Origin: Nemertoderma westbladi
Taxonomy: Eukaryota; Animalia; Xenacoelomorpha
Length of the DNA: 64,000 nt
Assembly (NCBI GenBank): GCA_032718475.1
Contig: JAUCBJ010008896.1
Span: forward strand, 62,001-126,000
Reading direction: 5' to 3'
Shown here: in pieces, positions 37,093 through 49,353 of the stretch
How the letters are laid out: each line of letters begins with the position of its first letter
Position numbering within the stretch: position 1 is the first letter of the stretch
Translations under genes and position numbers: made by a program
Notes under the pieces: generated by a model
Seen by the model: the letters and a program-made list of their open reading frames with translations, nothing else
Database searches by the model: none
What the model was told of the DNA's origin: nothing

Positions 37093-38831
37093 GGTAGGTT
37101 CTAAAATGCACAACGAGCAACAATGACCAACAACGAGCAACAAATAGCAACAACGAGCAACAATGAGGAACAACGAATAAGAACGAGAAACAATGAGCAA
37201 AAATGAGGAACAACGAGCAACAATGAGCAACTACGAGCAACAACGAGCAACAATGAGCAACAACAAGCAATAATAAAGTACAACAACGAGCAACAATGAG
37301 CAACAACGAACAACAATGAGCAACAACGAACAACAATGAGCAACAACGAGCACTAATGTGCAACAACGAACAACAATGAGCAACAATGAGCAACTACGAG
37401 CAACAATGAGCAATAATAAAGAACAACAACGAGCAACAATGAGCAACAACGAACAACAATGAGCAACAACGAGCACTAATGTGCAACAATGAGCAACAAC
37501 GAGCAACAATGAGCAACAACGAGCACCAATGTGCAATAACGAGCAACAATGAACAATAACGAGCAACAATGGAGCAATAACGAGCAATAATAAAATACAA
37601 CAAAGGAGCAACAATGATACTTATGCAGTATAATGTATCCCAGTAATCCCGAATATATATGTAGGATATAAATATAAATTCCCAATCAAGAACTTAATAA
37701 AAAATGCTTCCATACCCGCAATGTCATCAAGATGGTGCACAGTACTGCTATACCGGGACTGGTAGGTCTATAATGTATCCCAGTAATCCCGAATATATAT
37801 GTAGGATATAAATAAATTCCCAACCAAGAACTTAATAAAAAATGTTTCCATACCCGCAATGTCATAAAGATGGATGGTGCACAATACTGTTATACCGGGA
37901 CCGGTAGGCCTACAAATATTTATCAGTTTACCTGATTTCAGTCTATCAGTCTTGTTCTGTTCAGCTAAAAGTGTCGTTGAAACTTACCGGTAGGCCTAAT
38001 AACAATACCCAATGCTGGAGATAATTAATGAATTGCCGTAAAGTCATGTAGTTCTATTATCGGTACAATGCGGTTACAGGGCCCTCCCGCCCCTCAACCT
38101 ATTATCTGGTTCTGACTGTCTGATGTACGCACAGACCCGATGTACTGTACGGTACTGTGAAGTGAAGTGTTAAATGGTCTTCGTATTATTATTTTGTATT
38201 TTATACAGTTGGACTGGACAGTGACCTGATTGCCCGGCAAATAAGTCCTGAAGTCTGCCTAGCTTTCTATATTACAGACTACTGTATAGCTTGTGGGATG
38301 GGCTAGGCCAAGCCTATTTTGTATTTGATTTGTTATTTAGATTACTGGGTTAAGGTTAGTTAGTTACCGGTATTTGCTCAGGAGATACAGGGAAGTAGCT
38401 ACTGACCGCACCGGACCCTCTAAATACCGTATTGAAGCTTTATACTTGATTTATATTTTACTTGTGTATTATTGACCGGACCCTTATTACCTCAGATTTT
38501 GTGACCGGACTCATAATCTTGTAACATGTCTTAACTTTCGTTTATTGTTTTGGTTACCACCAAAATTTATTGCTATTTTGGATGCTGCATTGTTGCCCGT
38601 TGTTGCTCGTTGTTGTTCGTTGTTCCTCATTGTTGCTCGTTGTTGCTCATTGTTACTCGTTGTTGCTTGTTGTTGCTCATTGTTACTCGTTGTTGTACTT
38701 TATTATTGCTCGTTGTTACTCATTGTTGCTCATTGTTGCGCGTTGTTGCTCATTGTTGCTCGTTGTTGCTCATTGTTGCTCGTTGTTGATCATTGTTGCT
38801 CATTGTTGCTCGCTGCATTTTAGCACCTACC
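37093..38831. mobile_element. Mutator-like foldback element with inverted 10-bp (GAGCAACAAY) minisatellite arms
   Basis: TIR GGTAGGTTCTAAAATGCA / TGCATTTTAGCACCTACC. 9-bp TSD GTTCTGATG (37084-92) vs GTGCTGATG (38832-40). Internal ~140-bp tandem duplication at 37630-37910. Confidence 0.8.
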
Positions 38832-38871
38832 GTGCTGATGGGTTATTTTCCCATACCTTAGCTACTGTGGG

Positions 38872-39005
38872 GCCATCCACGAAGTGAGCGAATCCTTAGC
38901 ATATGGGTACCATTAACGAGTTGTCTGTCGTCGTATAATATCCGATCGCTAATAACTCAGTCATTCCTTGATGAAATTAAACCAAACTTGGTAGGTATGT
39001 AGTCC
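38872..39005 (+). repeat. Short dispersed repeat, Helentron/DINE-like, copy A
   Basis: CCACGAAGTGAG..CCTTAGC..GGTACCATTAA..CTGTCGT..ACCAAACTTGGTA; inverse copy at 59610-59745. The class call is tentative. Confidence 0.45.
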
Positions 39006-39033
39006 GTCAAAAGTTTAGAAAAAAAAATATTAA

Positions 39034-39523
39034 GGCCCCCCTCACACGGAGCAACTTGTTTCTGCAACTTGTTTCTGAAACTTGTTGCTGGACCCCCTCA
39101 CACACAGAAACTTGTTGCTGCAACTTGTTTCCGAAACTTGTTTCTGTGTGTGAGGACTCCAGCAACAAGTTTCTGCAACTTGTTTCCGCAACTTATTTCT
39201 GTGTGTGAGGGAGTGCTGGAAGTTAAATTCCCAGCAACTTTTTGAAAAACTTTTATTACATTCCATTTTGATACTAGCTAATATTAGATAATTTGAGTGA
39301 TGTGATATTACATATAAATGACTGGACATGTTAGCTATTTATTTGGAATAATTGTTATTTCCTTCAGCAACAAGTTTCTATGTGTGAGGGGGTCCAGCAA
39401 CAAGTTGCAGAAACAAGTTTCGGAAACAAGTTGCTGAAACAAGTTGCAGCAACAAGTTTATGTGTGTGAGGGGGTCCAGCAACAAGTTTCAGAAACAAGT
39501 TTCTCCGTGTGAGGGGGGCGGCC
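39034..39523. mobile_element. PIF/Harbinger-like MITE, almost fully palindromic
   Basis: TAA|GGCCCCCCTCACACGGAG...CTCCGTGTGAGGGGGGCGGCC|TAA, with inverted arrays of AACTTGTT(T/G)C. Confidence 0.8.
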
Positions 39524-39806
39524 TAAGGTTTGTTATCTGAAAATAATGTACGGATCCCACAACGCAAAATACATACAGTATCTATAGCAATATAACTCTA
39601 CTGTATGTACTGTAGCACAAGATCATAGCACATCCCTGGTATACAAAAATGTAGTAATACAGTACAGGCCACCAGAAAACGCAGATTTGTACAATTGTGA
39701 ACACATTTTATCAAATGTGTACCAGTGTAATGTAATGTTGTTGAACGGGACAATTGAACATAATTGAATTGGCAACAACCAAAATTTTTTCGCCAAAGGA
39801 TACAAT

Positions 39807-41653
39807 GGGGTAGACGACTCGGAAAATTTTTTTCGAGTTTTCGTTGGTTTCATGTGAAAGAGCATGTGAAAACACCCCAGAGAGCAATTTTACTTAAAAA
39901 AAATTAATATTGGCCGAGTTATAGCGATTTTAAAACGCAAAATTAGCAACATCAAAAAATCAGGCCGTTTCAGAAAACTGCACTAGTGACGTCACTAGTG
40001 CAGCAGTAAATGTTCATTGGTTACTCTACAATATAAATCTCTTAGTAACTAAAATAAATCGTGTAGCTAATATTTATTTAGTGTGTTTTTGTGTTGTGTT
40101 AAGAATACATTATTTGATATCTTAATGTGGAAATTGATTCATGACAAGTTAATTATTCCAGAATAATAATTATTTTTCCCAAAATATACAGTTGTTAGCT
40201 ATAAAAATAAAACATATTTTGTAGCTAAAACTGCCAGGTGGTAGAAATCCAGTAGCTTATTGATGTTTTATTCAGCTTCAAAACTTAGATTACGGATTCG
40301 GATACGGATTGTGGATTCGCACTTTTTCGATTGTAATTATTTTTATACAAGTTAAATTACTGAATTCCAAAAAGCATTGATAGTTAGTCCATGTAGCTGT
40401 AATGGATGACGTAGTATCTTCAGCTGCCATTAATCAGAATTTAGTTGAACTATAACTACTGTATAATTTACATTTTTTAATTATCTATTTTTTCACAATT
40501 TTGGGAAATATATATTTCTTGTAGAAGCTACTACTACTTTTCAGTAAACTTTGAATGTATATGGAATCAATCACATGATACTTCAACTATTTTCACTTCG
40601 CCATTTATTTCAAAAGATGGATCTGCGACGCTAAACAAGGCCCATTGTTTATTGCAAAGATGCATTTGAAGTTGGATTTGTGACATGAATTTAGCGCTTA
40701 CGATATTCGATTGTGTAAGATAAGATTTTTGAATGGCATGTTTTGATGTTGGACATTTTACTTCTACCACATGCGTTGGTGTAATGGCATCTGAAATGGC
40801 ATCAAAAAATCAGATTTTGTGGTATTTTATAAAAATACTAGCTACAATATTATAACAGTACATACCATTGAAAACACTAGCTATCACAAACATTTGTTTT
40901 TATTTTCTTTAAAACATTTTTTTTTCACATGTAACTAGCCAAAATATGTCAAGAACATAAACCTATAGCCAAAACATTATGTTTTGGTATTTTTTGGTAG
41001 TTTGATATTTTTGGATGTCAAACCAAAAACAGCTATTATGAAAGGCAGAATAATGGTGACACGTGCAACACTAGTACCAGTAACACTTTACAGTGAACAG
41101 ATAAAAAAAACTAAATAATTTCCATCTAGTGCTAATCTACCCATCCCGCATTGTTCGCTGTAAAAACAATAAAAAAATAGATTAATGAAGCGCCCGGTAG
41201 TATTTAGCTAGCTATATTTATTTTTAGCTACACCTCTACGATACAGGTATGGGCGAAATAAATATTATTCTAGAATAATTAACTTGATATGAATAATTTG
41301 CCTCCATACCGCTATCCTACAGTATAATCGATTCTTAACACAACACAAATACACATCCAAATAAATACTAAGCTACATTTATTATTTGTTTTATTTTAGA
41401 TACTGCAATATTATACTTTATATTAGCCAATCAACTGCGCTTGACAACTGTTGCTGTGTTATGGCTGACGTCACTCGTGCAGTTTTCTGAAACGGCCTGA
41501 TTTTTCGATGTTGCTAATTTTGCGTTTTAAAATTGCTATAACTCGGCAAATATTAATTTTTTTGAAGTAAAATTGCTCTCTGGGGTTTTTTCACATGCTC
41601 TTTCACATGAAACCAACGAAAACTCGAAAAAAAAATTCCGAGTCGTCTACCCC
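39807..41653. mobile_element. ISL2EU-type DNA transposon derivative
   Basis: ~190-bp TIRs GGGGTAGACGACTCGGAA... and an AT TSD shown by the empty site ACAATTGAA at 43983. Carries a YqaJ fragment. Confidence 0.85.
40567..40803 (-). pseudogene. YqaJ / lambda-exonuclease-like fragment of the ISL2EU element
   Basis: DAISDAITPTHVVEVKCP...FMSQIQLQMHLC matches the SPDG..EIKCP..Y.QVQ.QM pattern. Confidence 0.75.
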
Positions 41654-42715
41654 ATTGAATACTTTTGAAACGCTTAGTAATCTGGAAACTCTCTGTAGTT
41701 TGCCGCGAACTGTCACTCACTGCAGCTGGAAATGCGATAAGGATTTTGTTTACCATTATAGTGTGCGGTTAATAGTGTCTAGTAGGCATCAGGCCTATAG
41801 TTAGTGATGTTAAGGCATCTTCTGGTGTTTCTCTGTGCCCTCTCGGTGTCAGACTAGGCGCGACATCTCCCTGCACTAAATTAATTATTCGATGGTCTAG
41901 GCTCCTCCATCCATATACCCATCCACTCCCATACACTCCATGAATCTCCATGTGGTCTTGTATGTAGTTCTCTCTCTACTAATACAGCCCATGTCCGCAA
42001 TGTTACGCCATGGGGGCTCTCTCATCTACCTGATATCAGACATACAGGCGCACCGCACACGAAGCCTTTGTCGGTCCCAGCAAGTTAGCCTCCTGCTGTG
42101 TGATCTAGAAGATAACTCGCCATAACCTGCCAATCAGATGACTTGAACAAATGTGTTCACATGTGATCACATTGGATGAAATCTGCTTTTTCTGGTGGCC
42201 TGTACTGTATTTATTAAAAACCAATCAATAATTATTGGTCTTGAACAAAATTCGACGACTTCTGGAGAAATCATAACTATCAATTAGACCCTTACCATTT
42301 GTTAATAGGGTAATGGTGAAAATTATCGAGACTTGAAAAAATTTGAGAGTAAAAATAACGTGATTAAAAAATATGAGAGTAAAAATATTGCATTTTGCAT
42401 GAGCATTTTATTAAGAATTATGGGACAATATTGCAGTGCATGGGTTACAACAGTGCAAGTGCAAGTGAATGGCATTAATACACTTTGGGTACCCATTTAC
42501 CAGATTTATGATACAAGCTAGTTTATGCTATTTTTTTTAATAAATATTATAGAAGAAGTGCTAGCTATCAATTTTGATAAATATTTTTGTTCTAGAACAC
42601 ATTTTTTAGTTCTATATCAATTTTTTTTTTTTAATAGCTAGTATTTTCTACTTCATTTTATAAATGTTATAGCACACGTGTAAACTACCAAATGTTGATA
42701 AATATTTTTGTTCTA

Positions 42716-44539
42716 CAGTACAGGCCACCAAAAGGTATACAGACGTTTCGGCCTAGGACGTTTCGGCCCAGGACGTTTCGGCCCGGACGATTCGGCCCGG
42801 ACGATTCGGCCCGGACGTTTCGGCCCGGACGATTCGCCCTGGACTTTTCAGTGTGGAAGTTTCGGCTCATGGTTGACAATGAATGAAAAGACCAGGTACT
42901 TTAATCTCAATAATTATTCATTAAAATTATAATTATAATTTTCACATTAAGCTACTGTATAACACAATAACATACGTTTATTTCATAATTAATAGAAATT
43001 CAAACACAATCAATATTATTCACAATTATAAAAATAACAGTATACAGTATAACCAATAAGATGTAATTCTTTTTATTTAGGAATAAAATTTTTATCTGCC
43101 AGATTAAACCCAATGGCTTCCATGAAGTTTGGTATGGAACGAGCGCCGGTTGCCCTTTGCTGAGTGATCGTTCGCAAACGCTTATGTAAAGCTTCGATCT
43201 TAACAAACTTCCTAATAGGTGGAGCAGTTCCCAGTAACAACTGTGCCAGTAACTTGCTTGCTTGCTTGGCTTGTGTGAACTCAGCAATTCAGAGAATGTG
43301 AAATTAAGTTTGGCTGGTTTCCTCTTAGTAAGGAGAGGTGATGATGATGACATATTTAAAATAGTTGAAGAGCATAAAAATTGAAGTTAAATAAAATAAT
43401 TCAAAATAAAATATAAAATAATTGATTTAAAATTGCAACAATTTAGTATCTTTCTATTGGAGGTTAATTAAAATAATCCATTAACTAAAAAAAGTGATAG
43501 CGATTCTACAAGTTGTGACTGTATGACCTATTAACAACAACATTAATAACATACAACCCCATTTCTCCAACAGATACTATATTGCGCAGTATAATAGCGA
43601 TTAGGGATCAAACAGTTTAATTAATTAAGATAATGAATGTGTGAGTTGAGTGTGAATGACCTACTGTACATATTCAAAGTGTAATAATTAATTACTACAA
43701 GAATGCAAAACTCAATTTGATTTATTTATGGGATTGATTGACTCTTTGGGCCAAAACGTCCGACAAGCAAATTGGATGTTCCAGTCATTGGGCCGAAACG
43801 TCCTAGGCCAAAACGTCTTAGACCGAAACGTCTGTTATCCCACCAGAAAACGCAGATTTGTACAATTGTGAACACATTTTATCAAATGTGTACCAGTGTA
43901 ATGTAATGTTGTTGAACGGGACAATTGAACATAATTGAACATAATTAAATTGGCAACAACCAAAATTTTTTCGCCAAAGGATACAATTGAATACTTTTGA
44001 AACGCTTAGTAATCTGGAAACTCTCTGTAGTTTGCCGCGAACTGTCACTCACTGCAGCTGGAAATGCGATAAGGATATTGTTTACCTTTATAGTGTTCGG
44101 TTAATAGTGTCTAGTAGGCAGGCCTATAGTTAGTGATGTTAAGGCATCTTCTGCTCTTTATCTGTGCCCTCTCGGTGTCAGACTAATGGCGCGACATCTC
44201 CCTGCACTAAATTAATTATTCAATGGTCTAGGCTCCTCCATCCACATACCCATCCACTCCCATACACTCCATGAACCTCAATGTGATCTTGTATGTAGTT
44301 CTCTCTCTACCAATACAGCCCATGTCCGCAATGTTACGCCCTGGGGGCTCTCTCATCAACCGGATATCAGACATACAGGCGCACCGCACAGAAAGCCTTT
44401 GTCGGTCCCAGCAAGTTAGCCTCCTGACTGTGTGATCTAGAAGATAACTCGCCATAACCTGCCAATCCGATGCTTTGAACAAATGTGTTCACATGTGATC
44501 ACATTGGATGAAATCTGCTTTTTCTGGTGGCCTGTACTG
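42716..44539. mobile_element. Tc1/pogo-like MITE, copy 2, interrupted by foldback F2
   Basis: Same TIRs as copy 1, inserted at GTTC(TA)GAACAC; an empty version of this site is present at ~42590. Confidence 0.85.
42734..43840. mobile_element. Mutator-like foldback F2 with 14-15-bp GGACGTTTCGGCCC repeats
   Basis: TIR GGTATACAGACGTTTCGG / CCGAAACGTCTGTTATCC; ~9-bp TSD CACCA-AAA / CACCAGAAA. Confidence 0.75.
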
Positions 44540-45630
44540 TAGAACACATTTTTTGTACTACAGTAGAACATTTTTAGGAAAAAAATTATCATACAACCCA
44601 ATAATCCTTATTAAAAAATTGTTACTATCGATATTTTTACTCTCGATATTTTTCAACACTCGATATTTTTACCCTCGATATTTTTCAATACTCGATATTT
44701 TTCAACACTCGATATTTTTACTCTCGATATTTTTCAACACTCGATATTTTTACTCTCAATATTTTTCAACACTCGATATTTTTCAACACTCGATATTTTT
44801 CAACACTCGATATTTTTCAACACTCGATATTTTTCAACACTCGATATTTTTACTCTTGATATTTTTCAACACTCGATATTTTTACTCCTCGATATTTTTC
44901 AACACTCGATATTTTTACTCTCGATATTTTTCAACACTCGATATTTTTACTCCTCGATATTTTTCAACACTCGATATTTTTACTCTCGATATTTTTAAAC
45001 ACTCGATATTTTTACTCTCGATATTTTTACTCTCGATATTTTTAAACTCTCGATATTTTTACTCTCGATATTATCGTTATTTTTCAACACTCGATATTTT
45101 TACTCGCGTTATTTTTACTCTCGATATTTTTCATGTCTTGATACTTTTCTCAATATAACCGTTAATAGAGTTTCACCCCAAAATATTTTATATTTTAGTA
45201 ATAAATCCCCTGTATCAACTTTATCTATTAAGGTGAACGAGAGATTTTCATACAATGAGTTATGTTTATCATTAAAATGCGTCAATGTTCGGTGTTGATG
45301 GGAAATATGCGATTTGTAATTACGCAAACGGGGTTTAAGGGCTAAAATATGTCAAATTTATTTTTATGATCGATTATATAACACTATTAAACGGTATTTC
45401 CAAATCTGAAAACCGCTAGGGTATTTATTTGCTCTTTCAGTTTCCTTATAACAATTTTAATTTAGAAAAACCTATTGAAATTATTACTATTACTATGTAT
45501 AATGAAAGTTATATTATCTCCAAATATTTTTTTTATGAAATTGTCAACTTCAAAACCCTACTACTCCTTTTTTTTCTTACAATTTTTGAGCAATAGGTCT
45601 GAAAATTTATCTGGATGTCTACAAAGCCAC

Positions 45631-46801
45631 TTTTGCTGCACAGGCTAACTGCATACTGAAATCTTATATTTTTATCAGAGAATCATTTAATTTCAGTGCG
45701 TATAACATTTATGCCTAATTCGTGTTGTATACCATCATGAACCTTGTTTATATGTTCCCTATCAGCAGTTGTGGTAGTACTGAACTCTCATTGGTAACTA
45801 CCGGAGCAGGACCGGACCGGACCGTCATATTGGCTGTTCTATTTTGCTGTATTACTTGTTTATATAGTCGATATTCACCCATTTTTTCCAGGCGTAACCT
45901 TATATCATATTGGCCTGGCACGAGTCATGTAATTTGCAGGACTGATAGTATTTCACCTTGCTGTGTGCATAGTAACTTGATGTATGCTTGTTGTATTGCA
46001 TTCTTATTAATTACTATTATTGCATTGCTATTGTTAATGAATATACGAGACCAGAGATCAATCCAACTCGATTTCCACACGGTTTGTGCTGACTGCGCCC
46101 TGTATGTAATAGATTCGGTACATTTTAGTGCGAGTGTGTGCGTCCATAGTACTGCAATATTATTCCCCAACTGGTAAATATCATCTACTAACACTATATA
46201 TGCAGCACGAGTGAACTGTGCGCTTACCACGCACTGAGTCAAACATAGTGTCCTACCTGTATTGTACGTAAGTCACATGTATATTTACTCACCAACAACA
46301 CAATATAACGGAACGGTTTACACGTAACTATCACCCCCCCCCCCCCCCCCCCCCCCCTCCTTGAAGCAGTTTGTAAGCGCCGAAACTTTATACTTACAGT
46401 AATTAGTTGTACATTCAGTTAGATATATATATATTAGATAATATATATACCCCCACACATTCATGAGTGTTCCTGCTGTGCGGCTGGTACCCCAAGGCAA
46501 TTGATAACACTCATAAGAATTACAGACAGTCTCGCGTCAGCATCTGAAGGTCAGCCTCCCGTAAAAGCCTTGACAGTGAAATACTTCTTTCCAACACTGC
46601 CCCTAAGACAGTGTTTACCCCCCCATACAATTAATTACATTAACATCTCAAACACCAAGTGCGCTGTGCTAGTGGACTATAATAAAAACTGCAGTTTTAT
46701 TATACCTACTTCGCTCAGCGGTTTCCATGTACGTAAACTACTTCAATTACATGTATAACTAGTGTTGTGTTATTTGCACATGTTTTTATTTTATTTGATA
46801 T
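45631..46801. repeat. Dispersed repeat X, copy 3 (uninterrupted, inverted, more diverged)
   Basis: Provides the empty sites for both the Academ and the Penelope-like insertions. Confidence 0.85.
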
Positions 46802-49353
46802 TGAGAACTGAATGCTTTGTCGACGAATTGTTAAGGGATTTGAAACATTACATTGTCCACAATGTGTAACTCTCTGAACGTGTTGAGCTGTTAGACCTGC
46901 GTTCCCTGCGGGCGGCGTAATCCGTGGGCTGGCGGCACATGAAGCGTAAAGTTGCAAAACAGGGAGCACGTTATTGACAAAAGATAATATAGACAATCCC
47001 ACGATTATTTGGTGTGATACTGTAGTTTGGTTTGATGTGTTATAATATTATAATAACATTGTGCACTATTGTGCGAGATTTGTGCAAGTGTAACTATTGC
47101 AGGTGCATTTCCGTGCGAATTGCTGATTAAGTCAGAGAGTTTGCTTGTGTGACTGTGGTTTAATTTAACATTATTTAGTTGTACGTTTGCGAAGTCAGTG
47201 GAAGACCAAACACCCGAGGGAGTGTAAAGGCACACTGCGTGTGAAACGGCTAATTACAAATAAATTAATGCATTCATTACCGTAGCTTAATAATTTAGTC
47301 AGTGTTTGAATAGTATGTAACGGACACTATCATCAAAATTGTTTTACTCCTTCGGTTTTTTATTAAAGTAACTAAGTAACCTGGTATTTTATTGTTTTAC
47401 TGTACATACGCCCTACATTCATATTTGTTGTTTATTATTATAAACTTGTAACATAGTGTTACAACCCCCATATATCGTAAGTACGTTCTATTACCTACGT
47501 ACAGAACTAATTAATTATTACATCTTTCTCTAGGCCATTGAACTGTTTGTTTAACAGGCAGACACCGGCCAGATATTTGACATATATTAATCCTTGTATA
47601 TAGTTCAAGGGAACGGACATCCTATGCTAATTTCATTCTGAACATAACCATTTGTTTGGATTAGAGGCGACTTCAGACATATATATTTATTCATAACAAT
47701 ATTATTTGCAGGAATAATTTCGGTAGCACTTGTGCTTGGGATTTATAAATAAGTCTTGCACATTAATTAGGTACCCGTGATTTATTGTAACTTGCAATTT
47801 AATTGCACCCCAAGGCAATTTACATCTTGCCACACAACAACACACCATTCCAGACAGTTTGTCGCCGAGTGCTTCACTACTTAGTAGACTTAGTTAGAGT
47901 CTACTTACTATAATTCACGAGACTAAACTCCTTTGTTTGACCTACCTAGTCGCGACATACAAAATTCCCCCATCACTATTAGTGCTGTTTACTCCCATTG
48001 AGTGTTGAGACATAATACACCCCCACTGCCGGTAACATACAATAGCATGGCTCGACATTTCCCATACCTATTGACTTTGTGTGGCCTAATTGCTTGTCCA
48101 GTTCGTGGAATTCAGATTCAACTCCTTCGTAATGAATGGTAGTCCATACCAACGTTCTTGAATAGCATCACTGAATAGACAGTAGCGGATGGCATTTACT
48201 CGGAATACAGTAGACAGCGACTACTAGCGGTGAAACAAGAATTGTAAAAGCACTTTAACGATACTTGTTACTCCCGTTCTCTTTGAAAGGCGCTTCTTAA
48301 TTTATTAGAAATAAAGCCACCCAGCGGGAGCAGAGAATATTATAATCTTAATAATAGCCATCTTATTCATTCTCTAGGTGGCGCAAAATAGAATCTTGGG
48401 ACAGGTCTCGCATCAGGACTAGACAATTTACTGGAGGGATTATGGATAACATAAATGTAGATATTAATTTTTTCTTTAATTTAGTACATCAATTTCGTAT
48501 TATCATTTAATTTAGTAATCAGTACTGAATAGTACTGATTGAATTTCACTAAAAACACTACTAGTCCCTTAATATTTATCGAATTTTTTTGAAACCAACT
48601 TTATTTTTAGACTCAGACTCATAATTTTTCAAGATGCTCAAAAAACCTTTCAAACGAGCCATAAATTATAGAATTTGCCTCCCGTAAAAGCCTTGACAGC
48701 CACCACCCTGCATAATAGTATCAGACAACTTTTTGAAATTTCTTGTGAATAAAATGTAATACTATTTATAACAAACCTAAAAAATTAGCATAAATTTGAA
48801 ACGCCACCTAGCGGTGCAGAATTATTTTCACAAAATTTCACCTGATAGTTATATTGCCCCATCTTTGATCTATCATATAAAAAGCTTTCATGTCATTAGA
48901 TTCAATACTCTAAAAGCCTTAGGGTTTTAATCGCAACCAAGTTTATTTTATTGTTAACTAGTAGGCCTATTAACTAATATTAAATAGCAATCTGACCTAT
49001 CATGTAGAATAGCATCTTAGGTACCTATATTCCAAGAAAATGTTGTCAGAAAATGGTGTACCCCCCCCCCCCCCCCCCCCCCCCCCATAAAATGTTCTGC
49101 TAAACCTGCACCTTGTAAACCACTCACACCTCAGTGAGCTAATTTATTTCGTTTATTTTCGTACACCAGCAAGCTGGGAACAGCATAAAGTAATGAGAAT
49201 CTATAGAGAGCACAATAATTGTACCGGTAAGTAAGTAACAGTAACAGTATAATACTTAAAGTAGAATTAAGTACAGTAGAAAATATACAAACAACCATAC
49301 TTAAATAGAATAAGAATACAGCAGTATAATATAAACACACCATCGAAACTATA

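Larger units (their letters stand above)
39660..42207. mobile_element. Tc1/pogo-like MITE (~700 bp net), copy 1, interrupted by ISL2EU
   Basis: TA|CAGTACAGGCCACCAGAAAA...TTTTCTGGTGGCCTGTACTG|TA; near-identical copy at 42716-44539. Confidence 0.85.
42309..45160. mobile_element. Foldback element F1 with asymmetric arms of ~15-bp repeats (TCGATATTTTTACTC)
   Basis: TSD GTTAATAG at 42301-08 and 45161-68. The short left arm (42309-42390) is the inverse of the expanded right arm (44625-45160). Confidence 0.75.
42215..45345 (-). pseudogene. Penelope-like GIY-YIG endonuclease C-terminal remnant, split by a 2.85-kb foldback insertion
   Basis: LKPRLRNYKSHI..THFNDKH..LSFTLID..FWGETLLT (45345-45161) continues across the insertion as NGKGLIDSYDF (from 42300 downward). 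Confidence 0.65.

Noticed and set aside
37021-38887. Cys/Leu-rich ORFs (LLLVVAHCCS)n
   Set aside because: They are translations of the 10-bp foldback arms. The ORFs at 44508-45158, 42685-42932 and 56679-57225 are likewise repeat translations.
46715-47235. Cys-containing - strand ORFs
   Set aside because: Short, with no motif that could be assigned; possibly a decayed TE.
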